DNA of 64,000 nt. Source: Candidatus Heimdallarchaeota archaeon. Lineage in GTDB: Archaea > Asgardarchaeota > Heimdallarchaeia > JABLTI01. Of the stretch, positions 9,372 to 19,649 are shown piece after piece. The notes under the pieces were generated by a model, which searched no databases, was not told the origin of the DNA, and saw only the letters and a program-made list of their open reading frames with translations. The position numbers and the translations under genes are program-made. Within the stretch, counting starts at the first letter, position 1. Every line of letters starts with the position of its first letter. The stretch is from the NCBI GenBank assembly GCA_018238155.1, contig JABCTZ010000017.1:96001-160000 (forward strand), read 5' to 3'.

Positions 9372-10388
9372 TCATTTCATTTTTTCAAGTCGAAGATCAA
9401 TTAGAGCTTCTGCTTCTGGACCTGTTCCAACAAAAGTAACGGGGATATTTGTCTCCTTTTCGATTTCTGCAATGAATTGGAGTGCTTCTTTTGTCAATTT
9501 ATCATCAGAATTGGCTCCGGCAATTTCGGGGAAAATAATATCCAATTTGGTTAAAGCTATTTGTGTTGCTCCATTAAGTCGAATTGCTTTTCTAGCAACA
9601 TCGAAATCGATTGGTGCGGATCTTCTTGCTCTACCCGTAACAGTGCCATGTTCTACCCAACCCCGCTTCTCTATTTCTTCTTCAGAGAGTGTACCAGGCA
9701 TTGGTCCTTCACCAACTCGAGTCATAAAAGCTTTGAATACAATAATGACTTCATCTACTTTTGTTGGACCAATACCAACATCCGAACAAATTTGAGGAGC
9801 GGATACGTCTTTGCTTGTAACAAAAGGGTATGTTCCATGCCAGAGTGAGAGCATTGTTCCTTGAGTTCCTTCAAGAACGACATTCTTTCCAGCTTCAATT
9901 GCTTCATTGATCTCCTTAGAAACATCAGTTAAGTATGGTTTTAACTCAGGAACTTCTTGAGCTAACCTCAATGTTCTTCTTGCTCGATCTTCGTTTGCTG
10001 GACCACATCCTGTTCCCGTGCTACCAATTTTATCTTTGAGATGCTTATCTGTTTGGTCCTTTTCTTTGTGTTCTTTATCAATTACTCCTGTCTGAAAATC
10101 AATACCAATTCGATCTTTGCAACCTGTTTCATTTATCTCTTTGAGAAAGATCTCGGGGTCGACAAGTACACCTGCACCTACTAATAAACGAGATTTTTTA
10201 CTCGTAAAACCACTTGGTATCATTCGCAGTCCAAACTTTTTCCCTTCAAAGACAACAGTATGTCCTGCATTTGTTCCTACACCACCTCGAGCGATGATTG
10301 CCGGATGTTCAGCATATGCAATATAGCTGATGATTTTTCCTTTACCTTCATCGCCCCAAAAGCCACCTACAATAATTGTCGTTGTCAT
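9372..10388 (-). CDS. purA: Adenylosuccinate synthetase (short archaeal type)
   Basis: GGFWGDEGKGK, NAGHT, IGSTGTGCGP, EGTQG, GTYPFVTS, GTVTGRARR. Confidence 0.97.
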   Translation of the reverse strand: MTTTIIVGGFWGDEGKGKIISYIAYAEHPAIIARGGVGTNAGHTVVFEGKKFGLRMIPSGFTSKKSRLLVGAGVLVDPEIFLKEINETGCKDRIGIDFQTGVIDKEHKEKDQTDKHLKDKIGSTGTGCGPANEDRARRTLRLAQEVPELKPYLTDVSKEINEAIEAGKNVVLEGTQGTMLSLWHGTYPFVTSKDVSAPQICSDVGIGPTKVDEVIIVFKAFMTRVGEGPMPGTLSEEEIEKRGWVEHGTVTGRARRSAPIDFDVARKAIRLNGATQIALTKLDIIFPEIAGANSDDKLTKEALQFIAEIEKETNIPVTFVGTGPEAEALIDLRLEKMK

Positions 10389-10617
10389 GGTTCGTTCGTG
10401 TGAAAAACTCACCATAATAATTAAAGTCCTTTTGTTAACTTAAAGGTGATAATTTTACATAGCACTGCGAAAACTTAATATGCAAAAGCTTTTGGATAAT
10501 CGTAAGCGCAATTGATGAGTCCGATACAGGTCTTTCCTCAAGAAGTTTCTCAGTCGTTTCCTCATCAATAATTGTGAACTAATTGAAATTTGTACAAGAT
10601 GCAGAGGTCAGAAGAAA

Positions 10618-12075
10618 ATGTCAGAAAAGAAAAATATTGTTCCAAAAAAGATTAGTGAAGGAATATATGAAATTCCTAAAGACGCAAAAAACTATATGAA
10701 AGTTCCTGCAAGGATTTTTGCTGATGAAAAGATAATTCGAGCAATGGAACAAAGGATGTTTTTACAAGCAACTCACATAGCTTGGTTACCTGGAATTTAT
10801 AAGAATGCTCTAGTTCTACCTGACGGACACATGGGGTACGGATTCCCTATTGGTGGAGTAGCTGCAACTGATTATGAGGAAGGAGTAATTAGTCCTGGTG
10901 GTGTAGGATACGATATCAATTGTGGAGTACGTGCTGTAAGAACAAATCTAAAAAAGAAAGACATTATGCCAAACAGTCAGAAATTGGTTGAAGCATTATT
11001 CAATAATATTCCAGCAGGACTCGGTTCTAAAGCAAAAATTCGTCTCTCAAAAACTGAATTGGATGAGCTCTTAATTGAAGGCGCAAGCTATTGCGTGAAG
11101 AAAGGCTTAGGTTGGGACGAAGACCTTGATCATTGTGAAGAAAACGGTCAAATGAAGAATGCCGATATTTCCAAGGTATCGGAAAGAGCGTTATCTCGAG
11201 GTATTCCACAAGCAGGTAGCTTGGGAAGTGGCAACCATTTTCTGGAAATTCAATATGTTGATAAAATCTATGATGAAGATTTAGCAAAGAACATGGGCAT
11301 CATAGAAAAAGAACAAGTAATTGTAATGATTCATACTGGGAGTCGTGGTTTAGGACACCAAATTTGTGGTGACTATCTGCGAAAAGTAGAACAAGCGATG
11401 CCAAAATATAACATTCAACCACCCGATAGAGAATTGTCTTCTGTACCAATACAGAGCGATGATGGACAAGATTATTTCGGCGCAATGGCTTGTGGAGCAA
11501 ATTTTGCTTGGGGAAATCGTCAAATGATTCTTCACTGGGTGCGTGAAACATTTGAGAAACAATTCAAAACTTCCGCGGAAGATCTTGATATGCATCTCAT
11601 TTATGATGTTGCACACAATATTGCAAAGAAAGAAGAACATACAATTGATAAGAAGAAACGAACCGTAATTACTCATAGAAAAGGTGCAACTCGAGCATTT
11701 CCGGCAAATCATCCAGAGGTACCACAAGCATACCGTTCAATGGGTCAGCCGGTTCTATTACCTGGTAGTATGGGTACTGCGTCTTACATTCTTGTCGGAC
11801 AACCGAAATCAATGGAAGTAAGCTTTGGCAGTACTGCACATGGTGCAGGTCGTGTTTTAAGCAGACGTGCTGCATTAAAACGATTCTGGGGTTCCACTAT
11901 TAAAGATGAATTGAAAGGCAAAGGAATTACTGTAAAAGTAGCAAATCCAAAAATGATTGCTGAAGAAGCACCTGGTGTTTACAAAGATATCGATGCTGTT
12001 GCAGCTGTAAGTGATTCTCTTGGTATTGGTAAAAGAGTCGTTCGATTGAAACCTATTGCCGTTGTAAAAGGTTAG
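10618..12075 (+). CDS. rtcB: RNA-splicing ligase RtcB
   Basis: PDGHMGYGFPIGGV, GYDINCGVR, GSGNHFLE, HTGSRG, HRKGAT, PGSMG, HGAGR, EEAPGVYK. Confidence 0.98.
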   Translation: MSEKKNIVPKKISEGIYEIPKDAKNYMKVPARIFADEKIIRAMEQRMFLQATHIAWLPGIYKNALVLPDGHMGYGFPIGGVAATDYEEGVISPGGVGYDINCGVRAVRTNLKKKDIMPNSQKLVEALFNNIPAGLGSKAKIRLSKTELDELLIEGASYCVKKGLGWDEDLDHCEENGQMKNADISKVSERALSRGIPQAGSLGSGNHFLEIQYVDKIYDEDLAKNMGIIEKEQVIVMIHTGSRGLGHQICGDYLRKVEQAMPKYNIQPPDRELSSVPIQSDDGQDYFGAMACGANFAWGNRQMILHWVRETFEKQFKTSAEDLDMHLIYDVAHNIAKKEEHTIDKKKRTVITHRKGATRAFPANHPEVPQAYRSMGQPVLLPGSMGTASYILVGQPKSMEVSFGSTAHGAGRVLSRRAALKRFWGSTIKDELKGKGITVKVANPKMIAEEAPGVYKDIDAVAAVSDSLGIGKRVVRLKPIAVVKG

Positions 12076-12079
12076 TCTC

Positions 12080-12106
12080 GAGGAGTTTTCTCCTCACATT
12101 TTTTTC
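12080..12106 (+). terminator. Hairpin + U-tract terminator after rtcB
   Basis: GAGGAG-TTTT-CTCCTC then ACATTTTTTT immediately after the stop codon. Confidence 0.6.
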
Positions 12107-12286
12107 TTTATCCTGTTTATCGAATCTTATGGTTTTATGAAAAAAGTGAGCTAGAAAAAACGGTTCTTGATTCTAGTATTGGAGTGACTATACAGCAAAT
12201 TTCTTTCATTACATCTTAAATAAGAAATAATTGAATCTATTGTTTTCGAATATAATGGTTTATTATCTTGGAATACAAAACATTCT

Positions 12287-13036
12287 TTGGAGATAAAATT
12301 GTCACAAGAAGAATTGAGATTTTGCAAATTTTGTGGAGAACATGTAGAATATCTTACAGATTTTAACGACTATTTTTGTAAGTTCTGTAATTCATATCAA
12401 ACTAAAAGTGTCCCAATTCAATCTAAGGGAAAGAAAACTGATAAAATAAAATCAAACTTAGATTCTTCACCTCCACCTTTACATAAACCGGTCTTGCCCC
12501 CTGAGTGGCAGGATAATATTCCAATCTTTCGACATAGTGAATATTTAGTTGTTCAAGCAATTCTTAGCTTTGGTCCAAAGTATACGATCTATAATGTAAG
12601 TGGATTAAAGATGGGTGAATGCCAAGGAAGAATACTTTCTTGGGGTGGAGAATTCGACTTTTATGATAATAATGGACAACATGTAGCTAAAGTGAAAGGG
12701 AGTCCAACTCTGTTATCAATTCAAACAAAGACATGGAAAATAACTGATTTTCGTGGAACCTTTAAAGGAGCAATAAAATCACATTATGGTTTTCTCAAAA
12801 GAAACTGGGAATTGTATGATGAACATGGAACTTTAATCGCTCGACCAAATGAGCAAGTATGGTTTAAGTATAACTGGCAAGCAGTCAGCCCTCAAGGACA
12901 AATATTGGTCTCAGTGGATAAACAATTGTTCACTATCCGAGATAAATTCAGTGTAAAAGTCAGCCCAAATATTGATCCTTTAATAGCACTTGCTTACTCA
13001 ATTGCAATTGATTATATGTATTTCAAAGGCGATTGA
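12287..13036 (+). CDS. LURP-one/scramblase (tubby C-terminal-like) protein with N-terminal Zn-ribbon
   Basis: CKFC...CKFC, Pro-rich linker, repeated beta-hairpins (YDNNGQHVAKVK, YDEHGTLIA), terminal IDPLIALAYSIAIDY helix typical of LOR/scramblase. Confidence 0.75.
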   Translation: MEIKLSQEELRFCKFCGEHVEYLTDFNDYFCKFCNSYQTKSVPIQSKGKKTDKIKSNLDSSPPPLHKPVLPPEWQDNIPIFRHSEYLVVQAILSFGPKYTIYNVSGLKMGECQGRILSWGGEFDFYDNNGQHVAKVKGSPTLLSIQTKTWKITDFRGTFKGAIKSHYGFLKRNWELYDEHGTLIARPNEQVWFKYNWQAVSPQGQILVSVDKQLFTIRDKFSVKVSPNIDPLIALAYSIAIDYMYFKGD

Positions 13037-13144
13037 ATTATTCTTCTCCTCTCGCCTCACTCTTTTTTATTATTGAACATTCAAATATTTTTAATCAATC
13101 AATAGCTTTTTAATGAAGATTTTTTAGCTTTATGCTGAATCCAA

Positions 13145-14464
13145 ATGATACGCAAAGATCGCTTTAAATTGCTCATTCCTATTAGCCTTTTTCACACAAT
13201 GGCGCACATTTATCCATATTTGTTACCTGTTCTCTGTTTAGTTATACGTGAAGATATTGTAATGGATTACACTCAAGTTGCTCTTCTTTCAATGATAGGA
13301 ATGTTAGTAACTATTCCTTTAACCATTGCTTTCGGTTTTGTTGGTGATCGAATTAGTAAATGGCGATTAGAACTTGTCATTGCAGGTTTTCTGTTAATTT
13401 TTGCACATTCTTTCATAATTTTTGCCGCTCAAACATATGCTGTTTTAATCATTGCTGCAGTTGTTGCTGGTATCGGCGCATCTGTATTTCATCCAATAGT
13501 TTTACCAATGCTTTCTCAAGAATTTGGTGCTGAACGCAATGTAGCTTTAAGTATCAATCTGATCTTTGGAGCTTTAGGTTCAATTATTACTCCAATTGTT
13601 TCAATCTCTCTTAGTGATTGGTTGGGTTGGAGAACTACAGCGCTAATCTTTGGCATTGCCGGACTAATCTTCTTGCCAATTTTATCCATCAGTATTTTAT
13701 TAGGAAAGAAATACATAGAATATAATCCGGAAGAAGCACTGGTGAAAAATGAAATAGTGGTTAAAATAGATACTTCCAACAATAAAAATGTCCGAACAAT
13801 AAAGAAACTCACATTCATCACAGGTCCATTTATAGCTCTGGTATTAGCCCAAATAATACGAGCCGGCACATTTAGAATTTTGAATACATTCACAGCTTTT
13901 ATCTTTGAAGACCATTTTGGTGCTTCAAAATTAACGAGTGCACTAATTATGTCAATCATTCTTGGATGCGGAGGTATTGCCGCACTAATAAGTGGTTTCG
14001 TGTCAATTAGAAAAGGTAGTTTACGAGTGTTTCTTTTTGCTAAATCAACAACTGTAATTGCTTCTCTATTCGTAATTGGATTTGTTATCTATATAGCTCT
14101 TGCGAAGGTTGTAGTAGGAGTCGCACTTCTTGTCTTAGCAATATTTCTTTTCATATTCTTAGTTATGTCATTCTATTTTGGAAGTCCATCATCAAATGCA
14201 CTCTTTGCAGAAATGGTCCCTCAGAGAGTTTTAGGATCGACTTTTGGTGTTGTGAACGCTTTAATGACTGGATTCTCAGCATTAACACCACTGATTTTTG
14301 GTACAATAGTTGACAAAAACTATAATTTCCCATACGAGTATTTCTTACTCTTTCTCTTCTCTGTTATTCCCCTTGGATTACTCATTTATGTTAAATCGAA
14401 AATTGGATTCAAAACACCAGAAGAAGTAGAAGAAGCTCGAAAGAAAGGTGTGCACTTTCATTAG
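13145..14464 (+). CDS. MFS transporter
   Basis: About 12 TM; GFVGDRISK motif A; GIGASVFHP. Confidence 0.9.
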   Translation: MIRKDRFKLLIPISLFHTMAHIYPYLLPVLCLVIREDIVMDYTQVALLSMIGMLVTIPLTIAFGFVGDRISKWRLELVIAGFLLIFAHSFIIFAAQTYAVLIIAAVVAGIGASVFHPIVLPMLSQEFGAERNVALSINLIFGALGSIITPIVSISLSDWLGWRTTALIFGIAGLIFLPILSISILLGKKYIEYNPEEALVKNEIVVKIDTSNNKNVRTIKKLTFITGPFIALVLAQIIRAGTFRILNTFTAFIFEDHFGASKLTSALIMSIILGCGGIAALISGFVSIRKGSLRVFLFAKSTTVIASLFVIGFVIYIALAKVVVGVALLVLAIFLFIFLVMSFYFGSPSSNALFAEMVPQRVLGSTFGVVNALMTGFSALTPLIFGTIVDKNYNFPYEYFLLFLFSVIPLGLLIYVKSKIGFKTPEEVEEARKKGVHFH

Positions 14465-14471
14465 GATCGCT

Positions 14472-15383
14472 TCACAAAAATTCAAAGAGTACTAAACTAC
14501 CAGCCATAATTAGCATACCTAGTACTACTCCACCCATTACTAAATGTCCACTGCCATATTCATGAGCAACAGGAATTAATTCGTCAATTGAAATGTAAAC
14601 CATTATTCCTGCAACTGATGCCAAGCTAATCGCTAAAACAGCTGGAGTTAGAAATGGTCGAAGAATTAAGTAAGCAATTGCTGCTCCAATAGGTTCAGCC
14701 ATTCCCGAAGCAAGAGATAAACCAAAACTTTTCCATTTACTTTTAGTAGCAAAATAAATAGGGATAGAAACACTGATTCCTTCTGGAATATTATGAATGG
14801 CAATCGCAACTGCAATAGTAATGCCAAGAGAAACATCATCAAGAGCAGTGGCAAAAGTAGCTATTCCTTCTGGGAAATTATGAATAGCAATAGCTACTGC
14901 TGTTAGAACACCTGTTCTTGTTAATGATTTTGCCTTTGCTTTTTCAGTTGTTTCTTCATTTATAACTCTTAGATCAACTTTTTCTTCTTCATCGGATTTC
15001 TTGTCTTCCTCACAATCTCTGCATTCCCCTTGAATTTTACTTATTGAATCGCAATCTTTAGTCATATGATGAAGATTCTTTTCATGGGGAATAAGAAAGT
15101 CTATTAGAGCAACAATACCCATGCCAACAAAGAAAGCAAGATAGACCCAGTAGCTTTCAAGAGATTGAAGAGCTTTTACCATTAGCTCCATAAAAGAAAC
15201 AATTATCATTACTCCAGCTGAAAGTCCAAGGAAGAAAGCTAAATATTCTTTTTTAAATTTCTTGAAGAAAAAAGGGATAGCACTACCAATGCCTGTTGCC
15301 AATCCTGCTCCTGCTGTTAATAAAAATGCTGCTAATACTGGATCCAATGAAATCCCATCCAATAGTTCTGATAGACGTATCAT
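14472..15383 (-). CDS. zupT: ZIP family zinc transporter ZupT
   Basis: AIAIHNFPEG and AIAIHNIPEG motifs, SGMAEPIGA, DELIP. Confidence 0.93.
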   Translation of the reverse strand: MIRLSELLDGISLDPVLAAFLLTAGAGLATGIGSAIPFFFKKFKKEYLAFFLGLSAGVMIIVSFMELMVKALQSLESYWVYLAFFVGMGIVALIDFLIPHEKNLHHMTKDCDSISKIQGECRDCEEDKKSDEEEKVDLRVINEETTEKAKAKSLTRTGVLTAVAIAIHNFPEGIATFATALDDVSLGITIAVAIAIHNIPEGISVSIPIYFATKSKWKSFGLSLASGMAEPIGAAIAYLILRPFLTPAVLAISLASVAGIMVYISIDELIPVAHEYGSGHLVMGGVVLGMLIMAGSLVLFEFL

Positions 15384-15525
15384 TATTACTGCTTTATTGT
15401 TTATAATCTTATTTTTTTATTAAATATAGATAGGTAAAAAAAAGACTATTGATTATTTGCCGAAAAGACTGATAAAAGTCCTTTTTAGGAATAGCTTTTT
15501 TAAACAATTATTGAATAGTAAACAT

Positions 15526-16005
15526 ATGGAAACTCAAAATAAAATGGTAAATTATGTAGCTCTTATAGCTGTTGCGATATTTAGTTTAGTAGCAATGATA
15601 TTAGTACTTTCTACTGATTTTGGTTGGCAAGATTATGGTGAATATCATTCCACCTACTGGTTTTGGCTTGGAAATTCAAATGTTGCTGCTTGGCCTCAGT
15701 TCTTTCTGGTAGTAATAGCACTAGCCTTTCTAATTTCATTATGTTATTCAGTTCTATTATTCTTAATTAATCTTGAAAAAATATCCTTAAACATCTCAAT
15801 AAAATGGCATGCCATTATCGGACTATTTATTGCCAGTGTTGCTTTCATATCTACTCTATTTACAGTAGGAATGTGGGGGATTGCTTCAATTGATTATTAT
15901 TGGGGTGTAGCAACAAGCTTCTATACTTCATTATTTGGATCAATAATTATAGGAACATTCTATCTTGTTTATCTAGTAAACGCAAGAAAAACATTGGTTG
16001 AGTGA
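15526..16005 (+). CDS. Four-TM hypothetical membrane protein
   Basis: Four hydrophobic helices; ATG 15526 is the likely start. Confidence 0.75.
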   Translation: METQNKMVNYVALIAVAIFSLVAMILVLSTDFGWQDYGEYHSTYWFWLGNSNVAAWPQFFLVVIALAFLISLCYSVLLFLINLEKISLNISIKWHAIIGLFIASVAFISTLFTVGMWGIASIDYYWGVATSFYTSLFGSIIIGTFYLVYLVNARKTLVE

Positions 16006-16236
16006 CTGACCTACTAACTGAAAAATTATCAAAATACCATTACAAATTATTTATCAATTCTATTACTTTGGAGAAAGGTAAAATAACCGATTCAAACTTA
16101 CATATTTACCTTATTTAAGAATTGATTCTAAGTAGTTGCTAGATACCCATCTTTTTTCTTTCTTTTGTCAAGTTGAGAATCTTTATTAAGAAAAAAAGAT
16201 TACCCTATACAATAATAGTACACTGGAGGGTATAAG

Positions 16237-18765
16237 ATGGTAAAATCTTTGCCGAAAATTATAATTGTTTTAACACTAATTTTTAGTAGTTTTTTGATGT
16301 TTAACACTGTGGATTTTGGAACTTCTAATAACGACTATAATCAAGAAATCAGTTTTAGAAGTCATAATAAAATAGTAGATAATGATTTGCTTATTTCAGA
16401 CTTTAAGGTTACACCATATGAGCCGAATTTTGAACCTCAAGCAGCTAGAACGGGCGCCCAAAGTTTCGTTGTCATTCTTGTTCATTTCTCTGATTATACA
16501 ACTCCTCGATGGACGCCTGCTGAGCATGAGGATATAATGCAAACAATTGATGATTACTGGGTTAATGCAACTAATGGTTTAATGTCCATTGATTGGGCAG
16601 TTGAAGGATGGTATGATTTAGGAAATAATCTAGCACATTATGCACATCTTACTGGCTCTGGTGCTTTAGATCTGGATGTCAATTGGCATACTATCGCAGA
16701 TGATGCAGTAGCTTTGGCAGATGGTGATGTTGACTTTGCTGCTTTTGATAATATTATTATCATGCTAAGTAATGTTTGGTGGCGTGGCGTAAGCACACTC
16801 GGAACAAAGATAGCAATAAATACTGCTGAAGGTAACTTCAATCGAGAAGCTACACTTGTTGCGGAAAGAGATGGCGATACCGAACAAGCAGTTTGGGGTC
16901 GAGTTGCGCATGAAATGGGTCATTGTTTTCTCTTACAACATACACACGGTAATAGTGCAGCAAAGAATTATGCTAGTTATTATAGCTTAATGGCTCGAGC
17001 TTATCCATCTGCATGTAATATTTATACTATGCTCATCGATAATCATGCAGGCTGGTTTGATGCACCAACGAACGAAGAAGTAATCGCAGCTGGTCAATCA
17101 TTAATGTTTCACGTTAGACCACGACATTTGGACACTACTTTAGATGTTCAATCCTTGAAAGTTCCTTTTTCCGCCACGAAATATTACCGTGTTGAAGTTA
17201 TTGAGCAAAAATCAGAGGATGCTTGGCTGCCTGATGAAGGTGTACTTATTTATCTGGTTGATGAAGGTGATCCTACTAATGATCAATGTACTGATGAGGA
17301 TAGCACTCCAGGTTCCGACCCTGATGTAGTTATAGATTTACAAGATTGTTTATATGATGTAGGTCAAACGTTCACAGATGCAACTAACGATATAACAATA
17401 TCAATAGATCAATTTTCCTTTGATGGCTATGACATATCAGTCACTAATGATGCAGGTGGTTCCATTGATTTAATGATCAATGAATGGGGTGATCCTCCTG
17501 GTTCTCCAGGTCCCTGGGAATCAATAGATATCTACGTTGACAATCCTGTGAATGGTTGGGGTTGGTATAGATACAATGATGGAAATGGTCACAATCCAGT
17601 AGGAAATGGTGATGATCCACTTCTAAATCACGAGAATAGATTGTATGCAAAAATCCATAACATTGGTGATACCGATGCCAGCTCTGTTACTGTTAAATTC
17701 TATGAGAATACTCCTATTGGCGCTGGTGCTTCTGGTTCCTGGACTCTTATTGATACATTAACTGGACTTTACGTTAGCAAACTTTCCACTCAAGAAGTTT
17801 TCGTTCCTTGGACTCCAACATATGCTGTTTCTCCAACAGACACAGGAGTATTAGACATGCACTCTTGTGTTAAAGTTGTTATCGATACTCATCCCTTAGA
17901 AGATACTTCAGGAAATAACGATGCACAAGAAAATATTGACTTCTTTGAAGTAGCACCTGGTTCTCCAATACCTGGTATGATGTATGCTGAAGCAATATAT
18001 GGAACTGTTAGTAAAGATTTCACCATTGTTAATCCTTGGAAAGAAACAAAAGAAATCCATATCAATGTCTTAGGTGTAACTGGTGACTGGACAGTAACTG
18101 GAAATGGAATAGGTGAGTTCCACACTTTTGCATCTAATGAAGCTAAAGTTTTCAGTATTCAAATAACCCCTGGTCCAGATGCTCGTGTAACTGAATCAGT
18201 GCAAGCTGATCTCGTTGCATCTACAAATGTTATGTACGAAAATGAGAATGGTACTTTCGATGGAGACATGCATCTCACACCATTTGGAGGTGTATCATTT
18301 TCTGCAACCATTATGTATCGAAGTAGTTTGAATATTGATGCCACCATAAGAGATGAAAATCATTTCTTGATCAAGGGAGAACTTAATTTCTTGGATGACA
18401 TACCACAGCAGTTATTGCCCGATGCTGACGGTGACCGAATGGTATATCTGCTCATTGAGGAGCTTGATACTGGTGTAATAACAGACACTACGGTTGTTGT
18501 AGATCCATACGGAGATTTCCAACTTGAAGTCATTGGTAAATCAGGCATATACGCAATAAATGCTTATTATGCTGGGACAGGCATAATCACATGTGGTGCT
18601 TCTGTAACACTCATGGTTGATTTAAATGCAAGTACAGTATGGACTAGTACAAGTGGCAGCAGTGATTTTATACCTGGATTTACTTTCTACATTGCACTAA
18701 GTGGTATTCTCCCTATATACATAATAGTAATTATAAAACATAAGAGAAAATTAGCTCTCAGATAA
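16237..18765 (+). CDS. Secreted M6-like zinc metalloprotease with CARDB-like domain and C-terminal PGF-like membrane anchor
   Basis: Signal peptide; VVILVHFSD; AHEMGHCFLLQH (HExxH); YSLMA Met-turn; LPDEGVLIY; RLYAKIHNIGDTDA; C-terminal IPGFT-TM-KHKRK. Confidence 0.85.
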   Translation: MVKSLPKIIIVLTLIFSSFLMFNTVDFGTSNNDYNQEISFRSHNKIVDNDLLISDFKVTPYEPNFEPQAARTGAQSFVVILVHFSDYTTPRWTPAEHEDIMQTIDDYWVNATNGLMSIDWAVEGWYDLGNNLAHYAHLTGSGALDLDVNWHTIADDAVALADGDVDFAAFDNIIIMLSNVWWRGVSTLGTKIAINTAEGNFNREATLVAERDGDTEQAVWGRVAHEMGHCFLLQHTHGNSAAKNYASYYSLMARAYPSACNIYTMLIDNHAGWFDAPTNEEVIAAGQSLMFHVRPRHLDTTLDVQSLKVPFSATKYYRVEVIEQKSEDAWLPDEGVLIYLVDEGDPTNDQCTDEDSTPGSDPDVVIDLQDCLYDVGQTFTDATNDITISIDQFSFDGYDISVTNDAGGSIDLMINEWGDPPGSPGPWESIDIYVDNPVNGWGWYRYNDGNGHNPVGNGDDPLLNHENRLYAKIHNIGDTDASSVTVKFYENTPIGAGASGSWTLIDTLTGLYVSKLSTQEVFVPWTPTYAVSPTDTGVLDMHSCVKVVIDTHPLEDTSGNNDAQENIDFFEVAPGSPIPGMMYAEAIYGTVSKDFTIVNPWKETKEIHINVLGVTGDWTVTGNGIGEFHTFASNEAKVFSIQITPGPDARVTESVQADLVASTNVMYENENGTFDGDMHLTPFGGVSFSATIMYRSSLNIDATIRDENHFLIKGELNFLDDIPQQLLPDADGDRMVYLLIEELDTGVITDTTVVVDPYGDFQLEVIGKSGIYAINAYYAGTGIITCGASVTLMVDLNASTVWTSTSGSSDFIPGFTFYIALSGILPIYIIVIIKHKRKLALR

Positions 18766-18905
18766 AAGTAAAGGTTTAATCCTTTCTTTTCTCTTTTTTT
18801 TATTTAAATCATATTTCTATTAAATAGATTATAATGAGTTTTTGACACCCTTTAAATATTGTAAGATACAATATTTATTTAAACAATTATTTGGGAGAAG
18901 ATAGA

Positions 18906-19649
18906 ATGAACCTAAAACGAAAAGGTTACGATAAGCCAATACACTATTTACTAGTTTTCCTACTAATTTTATCATCCGGATTTTTACCTCTAGAGTATTC
19001 TCAGAGTAATCCTATTCCAGTTGATCTTTATGAGGTCAATTTTGAGGATATCCATCAATGGGATATGACCCTTTCAACTGAAGGGAGTTCCTTAACTAGA
19101 GATACTACACTAAATCATTCCATGGAAAACACTGGAAAATTAATAGGTAGAACAGTTTGTTATTATGATTTTACTAAAAATAGAGCTAGCGGAGAACCGA
19201 TAAGTTTCAAAAATTCTCGATCTGTTGAATTTGGTTGGTATTTCACAAACATCAGCAGTAATTATGTTGCAGTGATGCTTAACTATTCAGACACTCAAGT
19301 TTATTTTGTAGCCAATTTTTCAGGTGAATATTCGAATAGCAGTTCTGAATATTGGTTTCTGCGCAATAATGATACTACTACCGAAAGTTGGTATGAACAT
19401 CATTTATCCCTAGATTCTTTTGGTGATCTGTTATATGGTGTTGCTATTATCAATAGTGGTTATGATAATGGGGTAAATTTGGAACCTTGTAACCAGACAA
19501 CAAATTTCGCTTACATCAACATAACACATTTCGGTGAGGGGTGGACACCTCCATTAGCAATTCCAATATTTCCAATAATAATCGGACTAGTAATTATTGG
19601 AATCACGAGTTCAAAATTTGTGCTTAAAAAATCGAAAGAAAAGAAATGA
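18906..19649 (+). CDS. Hypothetical secreted protein with C-terminal TM anchor
   Basis: Signal peptide, sequon-rich beta domain, PPLAIPIFP-TM-KKSKEKK. Confidence 0.75.
   Translation: MNLKRKGYDKPIHYLLVFLLILSSGFLPLEYSQSNPIPVDLYEVNFEDIHQWDMTLSTEGSSLTRDTTLNHSMENTGKLIGRTVCYYDFTKNRASGEPISFKNSRSVEFGWYFTNISSNYVAVMLNYSDTQVYFVANFSGEYSNSSSEYWFLRNNDTTTESWYEHHLSLDSFGDLLYGVAIINSGYDNGVNLEPCNQTTNFAYINITHFGEGWTPPLAIPIFPIIIGLVIIGITSSKFVLKKSKEKK

Noticed and set aside
10512-10540. Hammerhead-ribozyme-like TGATGAGTCC...GGTC
   Set aside because: The core needs CUGAUGA and a GAAA after stem II; here it is UUGAUGA followed by UUUC, and stem II has a mismatch
10511-10569. Canonical BHB intron in the rtcB leader
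   Set aside because: A 4-bp CGAT/GTCG helix is possible, but the flanking loops are not two 3-nt bulges
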